DNA from: Cytophagales bacterium
GTDB taxonomy: Bacteria > Bacteroidota > Bacteroidia > Cytophagales > Cyclobacteriaceae
Direction of reading: 5' to 3'
Assembly (NCBI GenBank): GCA_038229375.1
Contig: JBBRON010000027.1
Span: 92 to 64,091, forward strand
DNA length: 64,000 nucleotides
Made by a program: the position numbers and the translations under genes. Below are positions 29,461 to 39,272 of the stretch, in pieces. Below the pieces are notes generated by a model. It did no database searches and had not been told where the DNA came from. It saw nothing but the letters and a program-made list of their open reading frames with translations. How positions within the stretch are numbered: the stretch's first letter is position 1; every line of letters begins with the position of its first letter.

Positions 29461-30495
29461 ATGGATTCGATCACTCACATAGTACTGGGGGCAACGATCG
29501 GAGAAGTTATTGCGGGTAAGCAACTCGGCAAAAAAGCGATGGTGATTGGCGCTATTGCACAAAGTGTTCCTGACTTCGACTTCATCATGTCGATCTGGCT
29601 CCGGCCAGTGGATGAACTCCTTTCACATCGTGGAATTACCCACTCAATCCTCTTTGCATTAGTCATCGCAACTACGATTGGATTGCTGGCGTCAAAGCTA
29701 AAACGTCCCAATAACCTGTCGGCGTCAAAATGGATGATTTTCATTGCTCTGGAACTTTTTGCCCACCTGATACTGGATGGCCTCAATAATTATGGTGTTG
29801 GCTGGTTTGAGCCCTTCAGTCAACAACGGATTTCATTCAATGTAATCTATGTTGCGGATCCATTTTATTCTATCCCATTGGCAATAGGATTCATCGCGTT
29901 GGTAATTCTCTCAATTAAATCCCCGGCAAGGAGAATCTGGACCGCGCTAACGTTAACTCTAAGTAGTTTGTACCTCCTGTATGCCTTGCACAACAAATTT
30001 GTCACCGAAACTGAGACCCAGGCAGCTCTTCAAAAGCAAGGTATTCAAGCCTCACACGTGTTGACTACCCCAACTCCACTTAACAACTGGCTGTGGTTTA
30101 TAGCTGCGGAAGTGGACTCGGGATATTATGTTGGCCATCGGTCAGTGTTTGACAACACTGATCCAATTGAACTCACCTATTTTCCCCGCAACATTTCATT
30201 TTTAAACGAGCTAAAAGACAAGGAGGATTTGCAAAAGCTTTTGCGCTTTTCACAAGGATTCTATACAATAGAGAAGAAAGATGACGCGTTGTTGTTCAAC
30301 GACCTGAGGTTCGGTCAGATAGCAGGATGGAGTGACCCAAACGCTATGTTCGTATTTCATTATGATCTTTTTCATCCTGACGCAAATATGTTCGTTGTTC
30401 AGCAAGGAAGGTTTTCTAACTGGAATGACGAAACTATTACCGTGCTATTGCAGCGAATCGCTGGCAAGAAAAACAAGAAAGGCGATGGGAATTAG
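29461..30495 (+). CDS. Membrane-bound metal-dependent hydrolase, DUF457/YdjM family
   Basis: N-terminus MDSITHIVLGATIGE, HRGITHS motif, several TM helices. Confidence 0.7.
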   Translation: MDSITHIVLGATIGEVIAGKQLGKKAMVIGAIAQSVPDFDFIMSIWLRPVDELLSHRGITHSILFALVIATTIGLLASKLKRPNNLSASKWMIFIALELFAHLILDGLNNYGVGWFEPFSQQRISFNVIYVADPFYSIPLAIGFIALVILSIKSPARRIWTALTLTLSSLYLLYALHNKFVTETETQAALQKQGIQASHVLTTPTPLNNWLWFIAAEVDSGYYVGHRSVFDNTDPIELTYFPRNISFLNELKDKEDLQKLLRFSQGFYTIEKKDDALLFNDLRFGQIAGWSDPNAMFVFHYDLFHPDANMFVVQQGRFSNWNDETITVLLQRIAGKKNKKGDGN

Positions 30496-30499
30496 AAAG

Positions 30500-31669
30500 T
30501 TATTCCCTCTTTTTCACCACAATTAATGCCGCCAGCCTCAACAAATTGTAAGCGATCTTTTGCACAACATGCGCAATCCAACCTGTTGTGCGGTAATATT
30601 CCTCTTCCGTTATAGTCTTGCAGTCTTTCTGAATGATATCCGTAAGGCAGCCCTCTACACTCACTGCCAGGCGGTCATCGGCAACATCCAGATTTAATTC
30701 GACACTGGCGTACGCACTTAGATTATTCAGATTATAGGATCCAATGGTGACGAATTTGGTGTCGCTAACTGCTAATTTCCCGTGAAGTACAGCCCTCGTA
30801 TATTCAAAAATCTGGACGTTGTTTTTGAAAAGCCATCGATACAGATATCTCTCGGCATACTTACTTGTACTTATATCTGAGACACCTGCCAGTATTACTT
30901 TGATCTTCACACCCCGACTAGCCGCTTGCCGGATGGCTTTTCTGAACACGCTACCAGGAAGGAAATAGGGAGACATTATTGTGATGCTCTTTGTTGAGGT
31001 CCTAAAGATTTCCAGGTAGGTCTTAGTGATCTCGCGCTTACGTCCAATCCAGTCGTTGGCCCGGGCCCGCACGGCACAGGCGTTAACCAACCCTTCAACT
31101 CCAATTGGCGTTGGTTTATCGTTCAATGTTGCATGCACTCGTGCATTATATCTGCGTACGCACGTTGATGCCAATACCCCGGCAATAGGACCTTCAGCAA
31201 ACAACGCCCAGTCCAGCCACGCAATACCTTTTTCAGTATCATTATAGCGGTCACTAATATTTAGGCCCGCAACAAGGCTATGGTAGGAATCGGTCACAAC
31301 CACTTTATGGTGAAGTCTTCTACCGAGGTAGAATTTTTTTCCCTTAAAGAGCGGAGCAAACCATTTGAAATGAATTCCGGTGAGGGTAAGGTCGTTGATA
31401 AATGAACTTGAAAGGTCCTTAGATGCATATGCATCTAGCATGATGTAAACTTTGACCCCGCGAAGGGCTGCAGTCTTTAATGCATTGGCGATGCGCCTTC
31501 CAGTCTCATCGTCGTCGAAAATGTAAACCTGAAAATGAATGGTGTTCCTTGCCTTGACAATCAGTTCTTCAAGGATGTTGAAGTATTCGCAACCTCCGCG
31601 TATCAGCTTTACAGAATTTCCAAACGTATACGATTGAGAATCGTTGACTGGCCTCACTCCCTTAAACAT
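30500..31669 (-). CDS. Phospholipase D-family protein (ClsB-like cardiolipin/phospholipid synthase)
   Basis: Two HKD motifs: RRLHHKVVVTD...GLNISD and VLHGKLAVSD...IGSYNLN. Confidence 0.85.
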   Translation of the reverse strand: MFKGVRPVNDSQSYTFGNSVKLIRGGCEYFNILEELIVKARNTIHFQVYIFDDDETGRRIANALKTAALRGVKVYIMLDAYASKDLSSSFINDLTLTGIHFKWFAPLFKGKKFYLGRRLHHKVVVTDSYHSLVAGLNISDRYNDTEKGIAWLDWALFAEGPIAGVLASTCVRRYNARVHATLNDKPTPIGVEGLVNACAVRARANDWIGRKREITKTYLEIFRTSTKSITIMSPYFLPGSVFRKAIRQAASRGVKIKVILAGVSDISTSKYAERYLYRWLFKNNVQIFEYTRAVLHGKLAVSDTKFVTIGSYNLNNLSAYASVELNLDVADDRLAVSVEGCLTDIIQKDCKTITEEEYYRTTGWIAHVVQKIAYNLLRLAALIVVKKRE

Positions 31670-31740
31670 ATTTCAAGATATAAAAACTTTTGAGGAGCCC
31701 AGCTTGAGGAAATCTGACCTACCCAAAAGGGTATAAAAGC

Positions 31741-31766
31741 AAAAACCACCGGTGAGGGTGGTTTTT
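31741..31766 (-). terminator. Rho-independent terminator downstream of the cold-shock gene
   Basis: AAAAA-CCACC-loop-GGTGG-TTTTT; symmetric A/T flanks, 40 bp after the csp stop. Confidence 0.7.
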
Positions 31767-31805
31767 ACATTAGTACTAGTAATTAAAGAATTTATCCGCA
31801 AACGA

Positions 31806-31997
31806 TTAGTTTACGACTTTAACTTTAACGGCATTCATACCTTTTTTGCCTCTTTCCACTTCGTATTCAACTTGATCGTTCTCACGAATCTCGTCGATAA
31901 GACCTGAAGAGTGTACAAAAATGTCTTCACCTGAATCAGATGGCTTAATGAATCCAAATCCTTTGGCGTCATTGAAAAATTTAACTGTTCCTTGCAT
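31806..31997 (-). CDS. Cold-shock protein (CspA family, S1-like cold-shock domain)
   Basis: MQGTVKFFNDAKGFGFIKPSDSGEDIFVHSSGL: RNP1 (KGFGFI) and RNP2 (FVH) motifs. Confidence 0.95.
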   Translation of the reverse strand: MQGTVKFFNDAKGFGFIKPSDSGEDIFVHSSGLIDEIRENDQVEYEVERGKKGMNAVKVKVVN

Positions 31998-32389
31998 TGT
32001 TTATTAATTAATTGAGAAAATTCACTGTTTTGCTAATAACTAATCTAAAAATCATATCCATTCGGACAGGCATTTGTAGTGTTGTTATCTTAATTAAGGA
32101 TGGTGGAACTCAAAAAAGCCACATTGGGCACTAATGGAACGCACTATTACTTAAAATGCAATACAAAGATAGGGCGAATTGTTTAGATAATCAAATTGCG
32201 ACGGAAAAATAGTCTTCGGCCCTTCAGAAACCATCTAAAATACTGAGTTAACAGCATGTCGCCCGCTGGGATACCTTGGACACGCGAAAGCCATTAAGGT
32301 TAGATCACGCAATTGTGGGTTGTGCCCTTGGCGCCATTGTGCGCTGTGTGACCCCTACTCACCCCAAATTGACGAGGCTGAAGGTTCGA

Positions 32390-33502
32390 TCATTTGATAT
32401 AAGGCTCGATCGTATTGATCATTCCATCAGCATCGTGAGTAAGCTCAACAACTTTTACACTTCGCAAGTGTGTCTTACCACCAGAAAGCATACTGTCGTG
32501 ATAAAACAAATACCACTTACCATCAATCTCAACTATTGAGTGGTGGTTTGTCCAGCCAACAACCGGATTCAGAATTACGCCCTGGTAAGTAAAAGGTCCC
32601 TCTGGATTTTCGCCAACAGCATAGGCGATGAAATGGGTATCTCCTGTCGAGTAGGAGAAGTAATACTTCCCATTGTACTTGTGCATCCAGGAAGCTTCAA
32701 AGAATCGGCGGTCGTGATCACCACCGGTTAATGGCTTATCATCGTAATTCAGGATTTGAATATCTTTTACCTTGCCGTCAAAATGTAAAAGATCCTTCGT
32801 CATTTTTGCAAACTTAGGACTTAACTCAGGTTCAGTATCACTACCGAGGTCTGTCTTAGAGCCATTGGCTTCATATTTTCCGGTGTTCCATCGCTGAAGC
32901 TGCCCGCCCCAGATTCCACCAAAATACATATACGTCGCACCATCGGTGTCGATGAAAACGCAGGGGTCGATGCTATAACTTCCGTCGATTGGCTTCGGCT
33001 CAGCCTTAAACGGCCCTGTCGGGGAAGGGCTCGTGGCCACTCCTATTCTGAAGACGTCCGACTTATCCTTTGCGGGGAAAAAGAGATAATATTTTCCATT
33101 GGCAAACGCAGCATCGGGTGCCCACAGTTGCCGTCCAGCCCAGGGAATGTCTTTGATGTCAAGAGCAACGCCGTTGTCTGTAGTCTTCCCGTTGATACTA
33201 TCCATTGAAAGGACATGGTAATCACGCATGTCGAAGTGATCGCCGTTATCATTTTCCGGTACATTGGCTTCTATGTCGTGAGATGGATAAATGTAGATCT
33301 TCCCGCCGAATACATGCGCAGATGGATCGGCAGTGTAAATATGGGTAACGAGCGGCTCAGATATCGGGCGGGATTCAATCTGTGTTGAGTCATTACTTTC
33401 TGTGGTTGCAACCTCTTCGACTGTAGCCGTTTTTGGTTTACATGATACTGCGAGAATCATGATCGCTATCACTACGACCTGTAATGTCAATTGTTTATTC
33501 AT
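32390..33502 (-). CDS. GH43-family glycoside hydrolase lipoprotein (beta-xylosidase/alpha-L-arabinofuranosidase type)
   Basis: Lipobox ILAVSCKPK. GH43-like blocks YTADPSAHVFGGKIYIYPSHD, LWAPDAAFANGKYYLFF, IDPCVFIDTDG, FEASWMHKYNGKYYFSYS. The track start at 33628 lies upstream of the signal peptide. Confidence 0.85.
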   Translation of the reverse strand: MNKQLTLQVVVIAIMILAVSCKPKTATVEEVATTESNDSTQIESRPISEPLVTHIYTADPSAHVFGGKIYIYPSHDIEANVPENDNGDHFDMRDYHVLSMDSINGKTTDNGVALDIKDIPWAGRQLWAPDAAFANGKYYLFFPAKDKSDVFRIGVATSPSPTGPFKAEPKPIDGSYSIDPCVFIDTDGATYMYFGGIWGGQLQRWNTGKYEANGSKTDLGSDTEPELSPKFAKMTKDLLHFDGKVKDIQILNYDDKPLTGGDHDRRFFEASWMHKYNGKYYFSYSTGDTHFIAYAVGENPEGPFTYQGVILNPVVGWTNHHSIVEIDGKWYLFYHDSMLSGGKTHLRSVKVVELTHDADGMINTIEPYIK

Positions 33503-33815
33503 GAGTATATTTTTTTGTTGCATGCATTTGTGCATTAACCTCAATTTTAAATATAACAACACTTGGCGATTTTCCTTCCGGAATTGGTGACCAGGCAAAC
33601 GTTTGGCCGCTCGACGTGACATTGGCAAAATGACGGTAAAACGTAGATTTATTTCCTCAAACCGGGATTTTACTCATTTTAATGGCCTTGCATTCCGAGG
33701 CTAAAGAAAGGGGATTTAGCACAAGCGGTCGATGATTTTGGTCATTCAACCTGAAATTCGCATCAATTTAGGAATGCGGCGTGAAAATTTCAAGAGCTTT
33801 GCAAAAACTACAACT

Positions 33816-34568
33816 ATGAAACAAATAAGAAATGGAATTTTTGGTTTGAGCGTCGCCCTGGCGACAATGCTCACCAGCTGCGATACGAAGGAGAAGGCCG
33901 CGCTTAACAATAAGGTTGATTCTTTGACGGTCGAATTGAACGAGCGCAAGGAGGTCGAGAAAACAATGAATGAGGTAGGTGCTCTGCTTGATTCTATCGA
34001 TGCCAACCGTCATGTGCTAAGGACTAAGATGATCGAAGGTACTTCTTATGCAGAATACGTGAGCCGCCTGAAAGACATCAACAATCACATCAGTGAGACA
34101 CAACGCAAAATTGCTGAATTACAGAAGAACGTGGATAGCAAAAACCGCATTTCTGCAGGAACTATCAAGAGAATGAAAGCTGATCTGGCAGCTCGTGCTG
34201 AAGAAATCACCGCATTGCAACTTGAAATCGTTACCATGCGTGATGAGAACAAGACCCTGTGGACCAAGGTTAACAGTAAGGATTCACTTCTTTCTATCAA
34301 GGATGAAGTTATCAAGGTAAAAGAAACTGACGTTGCGTCGCTGGAAGGCCTCGTTACCGATATTAATGAACAAAACAGGATCAAGGTAGCAAGTATGTAT
34401 TTCGCACAGGCTCAGGCTCTTGAAACTGCGGCTAATCGCACAAAGTTTGCACCAAGGAAGAAGAAAGAAACCCGTAAAGAGGCTCTTGAATTATATCGCT
34501 TGTCTCTTTCAATGGGGAATACAGAAGCACAGGCTAGAATTGAAGCGCTTGAAAAAGAATTGAGCTAA
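33816..34568 (+). CDS. Coiled-coil lipoprotein, function unknown
   Basis: Lipobox ATMLTSCDTKE, then heptad-rich charged sequence. A strong terminator follows. Confidence 0.6.
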   Translation: MKQIRNGIFGLSVALATMLTSCDTKEKAALNNKVDSLTVELNERKEVEKTMNEVGALLDSIDANRHVLRTKMIEGTSYAEYVSRLKDINNHISETQRKIAELQKNVDSKNRISAGTIKRMKADLAARAEEITALQLEIVTMRDENKTLWTKVNSKDSLLSIKDEVIKVKETDVASLEGLVTDINEQNRIKVASMYFAQAQALETAANRTKFAPRKKKETRKEALELYRLSLSMGNTEAQARIEALEKELS

Positions 34569-34590
34569 TACGTTCGTATCCTTATATAAA

Positions 34591-34617
34591 AAAAGCCAGG
34601 GCGACCTGGCTTTTTTT
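34591..34617 (+). terminator. Rho-independent terminator
   Basis: AAAA-GCCAGG-GCGA-CCTGGC-TTTTTTT. Confidence 0.85.
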
Positions 34618-34862
34618 ATTATTATATTTAACGGATGAGAACGACCCTACTTATATTGTCGACGATAGCGAACGGGTTAGTTACGAAACAACTCGGTACT
34701 GCGATCGCCACCGACGCGGAAGGCAGAAATGCACACTGGGTGGCAGTTCAGAATGAATACAGAGCGAATTTGAAACGTTTACGCTTGCAGTTATTCCACC
34801 AGAGCTTGCGCATATCAACAACGGCTTTATTTCCAAGCTAGCCAACAATAAAAGAATCAATC

Positions 34863-35312
34863 GTGCCGACTCTCAAAGAGCAACTTTACGAATGCTGCAT
34901 TACCTACATACGGGCAAGAAGTTTCGCCGCGGAAGAAGCTATCCGTGAGGTCCAAACATCAGCAAATGAGGAAACAAAAAGCAGTGCGGGCGATAAGTAT
35001 GAGACCGGCCGTGCCATGGCGCAGCTTGAAATCGAAAAGAATACTGCCCAACTGATGGAATCTAATAAGCTGATGAATACTATGAAAATGATTGGACTCA
35101 ATCAATCAAGCTCCGTTCATGCAGGCAGCATCATTATGACGAACCAGGGAAATTACTATCTCGCCATTAGTGCCGGTGAATTAACAATTGACGGCAAATC
35201 TTATTTTGCGATTTCAGCAGCGTCTCCCATTGGGAAAAAACTAATGGGCCTGACTAAAGGTGCATCGTTTGATTTCAATGGGAAGGAGTATAAAATCCAT
35301 GAAATTGAATAA
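34863..35312 (+). CDS. GreA/GreB C-terminal-domain-like protein
   Basis: The C-terminus VHAGSIIM...ISAASPIGKKLMGLTKGASFDFNGKEYKIHEI resembles the GreA FKBP-like domain. GTG start as in the ORF track. Confidence 0.55.
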   Translation: MPTLKEQLYECCITYIRARSFAAEEAIREVQTSANEETKSSAGDKYETGRAMAQLEIEKNTAQLMESNKLMNTMKMIGLNQSSSVHAGSIIMTNQGNYYLAISAGELTIDGKSYFAISAASPIGKKLMGLTKGASFDFNGKEYKIHEIE

Positions 35313-35560
35313 TAGCTCGTCGCGTTGCATCAACTTTCATAACCCGAAATCCAGGTTTGCAGCTATTACGTAAATAATACAATAGCGCTGTAAGGCCTAT
35401 TGAAATGACTCCTTTCCTGTTAACGTATCAAATCGATTGTTTATAGTTATTTGACTACTTTGATCCAAATTCCCCTATTTTGGACGGTTCTTTAGGCGAT
35501 AATGCTGCGAGCGCAAGCCATTTTATTTCCAGAATCTCCACAACTTCCTGGAAGACGGAA

Positions 35561-36421
35561 ATGGAGAACGTGACCGCTAGTTATCACGTGATTGGCGCAT
35601 GGATTGCCATTGTCTTCGACCCGCTGTTTGCGGTCACCGATTACTTTAATATCAGGAAAGGCTGGGAATGGTTGCTTTTAATAAGATTGAGTGTTTCGCT
35701 TCTTACCGCCCTCACCCTTTTTGCCTGGAAGAGATTTAAGTTTCCCTCATATTACCTTGTATTGGTCCCGTTCTTGTTGATTTCTTTGCAAAATGCTTAC
35801 ACCTTTAACCTGATCGAAACAATTCATTTAATAGGTCATAACCTGAACTATATCGCATTGATGATTGGCGCATCGATGTTTATCATGTGGGAGGTTGTCT
35901 ACTCATTAACAGTTCTTTTCCTGTCAGCATTGGCGACAACGTTTTTTATGTTGAATAATCCGTCGATCAGCCCTGATGATTTTTTTGTCAAGGGCGGATT
36001 GCTGTTGGCCGTATCAGGTGTCTTCATGGTTATCCTCATTAAGACACGTTACGATCTGACAGTGCGTGAAATAAAATCTAGGCTTGCCCTTCAACTAAGT
36101 AATGATGAAATTCAACATCAAAACAAAGAGTTGCAACGACAGAAAGATATAATAAAGGGCATAAATGAAAACCTCGAGACACTTGTTACCGAGCGTACCC
36201 AGCTTTTGCAACGAAAGAACCGGGCTCTTGAGGAATATGCTTTTATCAATGCGCACAAGCTGCGGGCACCGTTAGCGAGCATTCTGGGATTGATTGATCT
36301 GATGAGCCACGTCGAACAAAATGAAGAGTCAAGGAAAGTGGTTGATCATCTTGAAAAATCTGCTTCCAAATTGGATGAAGTGGTGACCTCAATAACCAGA
36401 GCCATTGAACGAGGCGATTGA
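35561..36421 (+). CDS. Membrane protein with six or so TM helices, a coiled coil and a HisKA-like phosphoacceptor helix but no ATPase domain
   Basis: H-box-like AFINAHKLRAPLASILGLIDLM. The ORF ends about 60 aa later, so no N/G1/G2 boxes are present. Confidence 0.6.
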   Translation: MENVTASYHVIGAWIAIVFDPLFAVTDYFNIRKGWEWLLLIRLSVSLLTALTLFAWKRFKFPSYYLVLVPFLLISLQNAYTFNLIETIHLIGHNLNYIALMIGASMFIMWEVVYSLTVLFLSALATTFFMLNNPSISPDDFFVKGGLLLAVSGVFMVILIKTRYDLTVREIKSRLALQLSNDEIQHQNKELQRQKDIIKGINENLETLVTERTQLLQRKNRALEEYAFINAHKLRAPLASILGLIDLMSHVEQNEESRKVVDHLEKSASKLDEVVTSITRAIERGD

Positions 36422-36546
36422 GTTGGTGTGTTCAAAGTTGTACAGTTGTCTGTCCAATAATGAATACCCGAATAGACATTCATTCTTCCAAATCATTAAC
36501 ATACAAATAGTTAACAAACTGGCGACTTCTTTGCACGCTGGTGCCT

Positions 36547-36747
36547 ATGAAAACGATCATCGCCGTCATTCTTTGGTTCTTGCTATTGGCAACGTGCTGG
36601 CCACTGGCGATCGTGCTGATATTTCTACTGCCACTTTTCTGGTTGATACTCCTTCCATTTCGGATTGTAGGACTTAGCCTTGAACTGTTGTTCAAACTGA
36701 TTTCTGCTATATTTCTCCTTCCCTTCAAACTTGTCAAAGGACTCTGA
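36547..36747 (+). CDS. Possible small (66 aa) two-TM membrane protein
   Basis: ORF only; strongly hydrophobic (IIAVILWFLLLATCWPLAIVLIFLLPLFWLILLPF). I recognise no homology. Confidence 0.3.
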   Translation: MKTIIAVILWFLLLATCWPLAIVLIFLLPLFWLILLPFRIVGLSLELLFKLISAIFLLPFKLVKGL

Positions 36748-36851
36748 TTATCCTGTATTCATCGTTACTGGCAGACACGCCCGCTTGTAAACAAACCCGG
36801 GAACAGATGGCATGATATTTTGCGATGGTAGAGTATCAGTTACGATGCCAT

Positions 36852-37301
36852 ATGAAACGAATAGTGCTTATTTTAACCTTTTTAACGGCTTTTGTGTCGT
36901 TACCGAATATTGGGTCCGACATTCAAGGAATGGGTCGAAAAGACGATACCGGACCTAAAACCGTCCATATTTTGAAGACCTTAACGGTTTACAATCCTAC
37001 TACAAAACAATGCGACAATACCCCTTTTATTACTGCCAGTAACGCGAAAATTGACGCACTCAAGCTGGCCAAACAGCAATTGCGATGGATTGCGTTGTCA
37101 AGAAATCTTTTGAAGCGCTGGAAAGGTGATTTTAGCTATGGCGATACAGTTAAGATTTTTGCCGGTGACCCAGCCATTGACGGATTGTGGATAATTCAGG
37201 ACAATTTAAACAAGAGATACCGGGATCGTGGAGATCTCCTTTTTGATAGAAAAGTGAGAAGACATGGAATATGGAAGAACGTACAGATTTCAAAGGTCTA
37301 A
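36852..37301 (+). CDS. Secreted protein, possibly 3D/double-psi-beta-barrel-like
   Basis: Signal peptide MKRIVLILTFLTAFVSL. TVYNPTTKQCDNTPFITAS ... IQDNLNKRYRDRGDLLF loosely recalls 3D-domain proteins. Confidence 0.45.
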   Translation: MKRIVLILTFLTAFVSLPNIGSDIQGMGRKDDTGPKTVHILKTLTVYNPTTKQCDNTPFITASNAKIDALKLAKQQLRWIALSRNLLKRWKGDFSYGDTVKIFAGDPAIDGLWIIQDNLNKRYRDRGDLLFDRKVRRHGIWKNVQISKV

Positions 37302-37389
37302 CGAGTCAATTGGGGTGATATTTCCACGCCTCATTCCGGGCTTATTGGCATAGAATTGGTGAGAGTTTAATTATAATAAACGATGATAT

Positions 37390-37623
37390 ATGGATCAATC
37401 ACCTAGCAATGACCATGGGGCAAGTCCAATGCCCAAGGGCAAAAGTAAACCTGGTGCTCCCCTTTTTAAGAAGCCAAAATCAAAACCGGAGAAGAAGCAG
37501 GAACGTGACATGACCGGTCAAACCGACACTTCATTAAAGCATATGAAACAGCGTCTTGCTGAAATCCCAAAGAAATCATCGGGTAGCAAGCATGATAAAA
37601 CTGCATACGAGGATGGCGAATGA
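37390..37623 (+). CDS. Small basic low-complexity protein (77 aa), hypothetical
   Basis: An ORF followed by a terminator hairpin; Lys/Pro-rich. Confidence 0.35.
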   Translation: MDQSPSNDHGASPMPKGKSKPGAPLFKKPKSKPEKKQERDMTGQTDTSLKHMKQRLAEIPKKSSGSKHDKTAYEDGE

Positions 37624-37643
37624 TTTTTTCTAAAGTTGAGCAG

Positions 37644-37675
37644 AAAAAGGCCCTGGAGTAATCCGGGGTTTTTTT
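37644..37675 (+). terminator. Rho-independent terminator
   Basis: CCCTGG-AGTAAT-CCGGGG (one G-U pair) followed by TTTTTTT. Confidence 0.65.
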
Positions 37676-37803
37676 GCGACTGTTTGTGAAGAAAAATCCA
37701 CGAATAATTCAGGCTGCATAACCGAAAACATTCCTGATCAATGGCACAGTTATTTTAACGGTTACGGCAGTTAAAGATTATTTTAACCTTACACAACACA
37801 AAC

Positions 37804-38217
37804 ATGAAAACTAATAAATTGAAAACCAGTCTTATTGTTGTCTTTGTGATGACTCTTTTCATTGGAAGCTATTCTTTGGTTAGCGCGCAGAATACGCTGA
37901 CATGGGATAAGCTGGGAACCAAGGTGGTGGACTTTACTCTTGACCGCGACGTGGTAACTGCGAGTTCAAAAGAAACCTATAGTGCCTTAAAAGTTAAGGT
38001 GAACAATGGGACAATCAATGTGCATAAAGTAACTGTTCACTTTGCCAATGGTGATACTCAGGATATAAAACTTCCTGCAGAATTGTCCAAGGAAAATGAT
38101 GGAAAGCTTATTGACCTTAAAGGCAACCAGCGTGTGATTGAAAAAATCACGTTTTGGTATGACACTGTTAATAAGGATAAGGATAAAGCAGTTGTAGAAG
38201 TTTGGGCGAAAAAGTAG
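37804..38217 (+). CDS. Small secreted protein, function unknown
   Basis: Signal peptide (LIVVFVMTLFIGSYSLVSAQ); followed by a terminator. Confidence 0.6.
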   Translation: MKTNKLKTSLIVVFVMTLFIGSYSLVSAQNTLTWDKLGTKVVDFTLDRDVVTASSKETYSALKVKVNNGTINVHKVTVHFANGDTQDIKLPAELSKENDGKLIDLKGNQRVIEKITFWYDTVNKDKDKAVVEVWAKK

Positions 38218-38244
38218 TTCAGCCTACAATTTCTCAATAGAAAG

Positions 38245-38269
38245 AGAGGGCCACGGGCCTTCTTTTTTT
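38245..38269 (+). terminator. Rho-independent terminator
   Basis: AGAGGGCC-ACG-GGCCTTCT followed by a T-run. Confidence 0.6.
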
Positions 38270-38329
38270 GTTTTAACACTGGCATAGTTATTTCGCACAG
38301 GATGCAAAATTGAAGCAAAAATGAGTGAC

Positions 38330-38650
38330 AGCAGGCAACATCGACTGATCAGAGCTATCACCAAGGCCCTGATAATTTTTGCTGCAATAATAGTAGCGCC
38401 TGTTGAGAGCTGATTCTAAGCTTTCCAAAACCAACGCACCCCCACCTTCGCCCATGACAAATCCATCTTCGCTTTACATCAAAAGGCCTTGAAGCTGCTG
38501 CTGGATTTTCATTGAATGTAGACAACGCCTTGGAGGCATTAACACCACCCATGCCACTTTCGTTGATAGGTGCTTCTGATCCGCCTGTAATAATCATATC
38601 CGCTCTTCCCAAACGAATATAATTGACCGCATCAATGATTGCATTGGTAA
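38330..38650 (-). pseudogene. Internal fragment of a beta-ketoacyl-ACP synthase II (FabF-like) gene, frameshifted
   Basis: AIIDAVNYIRLGRADMIITGGSEAPINESGMGGVNASKALSTFNENPAAASRPFDV matches the central FabF region. After a frameshift near 38480 the homology continues in another frame (DGFVMGEGGGALVLESLESA). The N-terminal Cys and C-terminal His-His regions are absent. Confidence 0.75.
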
Positions 38651-38722
38651 TATACAATAGGCAGAAAAGAATTAGTCGAACAGAGTAAAAGCAAGCAGTC
38701 AATAATCAACCGAAAGCTTAGT

Positions 38723-39160
38723 CTATTTTTTGGTTGCGTACTTAGTAATCAGTGAATCGACCGAAATTGAATTCCATTCTTTTGGAATGATCAGCAAGGT
38801 CACTAGTAAAATTAAGCGAGGCATGACGTGCGATAAATCCCAAATGGGTTCAGCCAATCCGTGCCCAAAGGTTACGATTACTAGTACTGAAGCTAACGCA
38901 TACAAGGCATAATCAGTTTTCAGTCCAATGACCAATAAAAATCCGCCAATTAATTCTACATATGAAGTATAATAGGCAGTCGCATATATAATAGAGTGCG
39001 GCAACAGATTCTTATAAGTATCATAGAAAAAATCCATACGATAGACCTTTTCTACTCCCCATGTAAAAACTTTTCCAAAGCCCTGCATAAGAAAAATGAA
39101 TCCTAATATTAAACGAAGAGTGAGCGAGGCGATCGTATAATTCAGATGTGTAGGTTTCAT
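38723..39160 (-). CDS. DoxX-family membrane protein
   Basis: 145 aa, four TM helices, LRLILGFIFLMQGFGKV motif typical of DoxX. Confidence 0.7.
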   Translation of the reverse strand: MKPTHLNYTIASLTLRLILGFIFLMQGFGKVFTWGVEKVYRMDFFYDTYKNLLPHSIIYATAYYTSYVELIGGFLLVIGLKTDYALYALASVLVIVTFGHGLAEPIWDLSHVMPRLILLVTLLIIPKEWNSISVDSLITKYATKK

Positions 39161-39272
39161 ATCTAAGCAGGTTGAAAAGCTGATAGCAAGATAGCAAATA
39201 GTGGGGAGGGCGCTTCATTTAGGAAGAATAGAAAACCCCAATCTGTTTTGTAGCTTTCAGAAAAGAAAGAAC

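Noticed and set aside
32276-32539. 87-aa plus-strand ORF
   Set aside because: It overlaps the 3' end of the well-supported minus-strand GH43 gene, and the remainder is intergenic.
34635-34841. 68-aa ORF between the terminator at 34617 and the GreA-like gene
   Set aside because: It has no recognisable motif and an odd composition. It is probably promoter/leader DNA.
38358-38702. 114-aa ORF that could be annotated as an intact CDS
   Set aside because: Its translation is a central FabF fragment whose homology continues out of frame, so I treated it as a pseudogene remnant.
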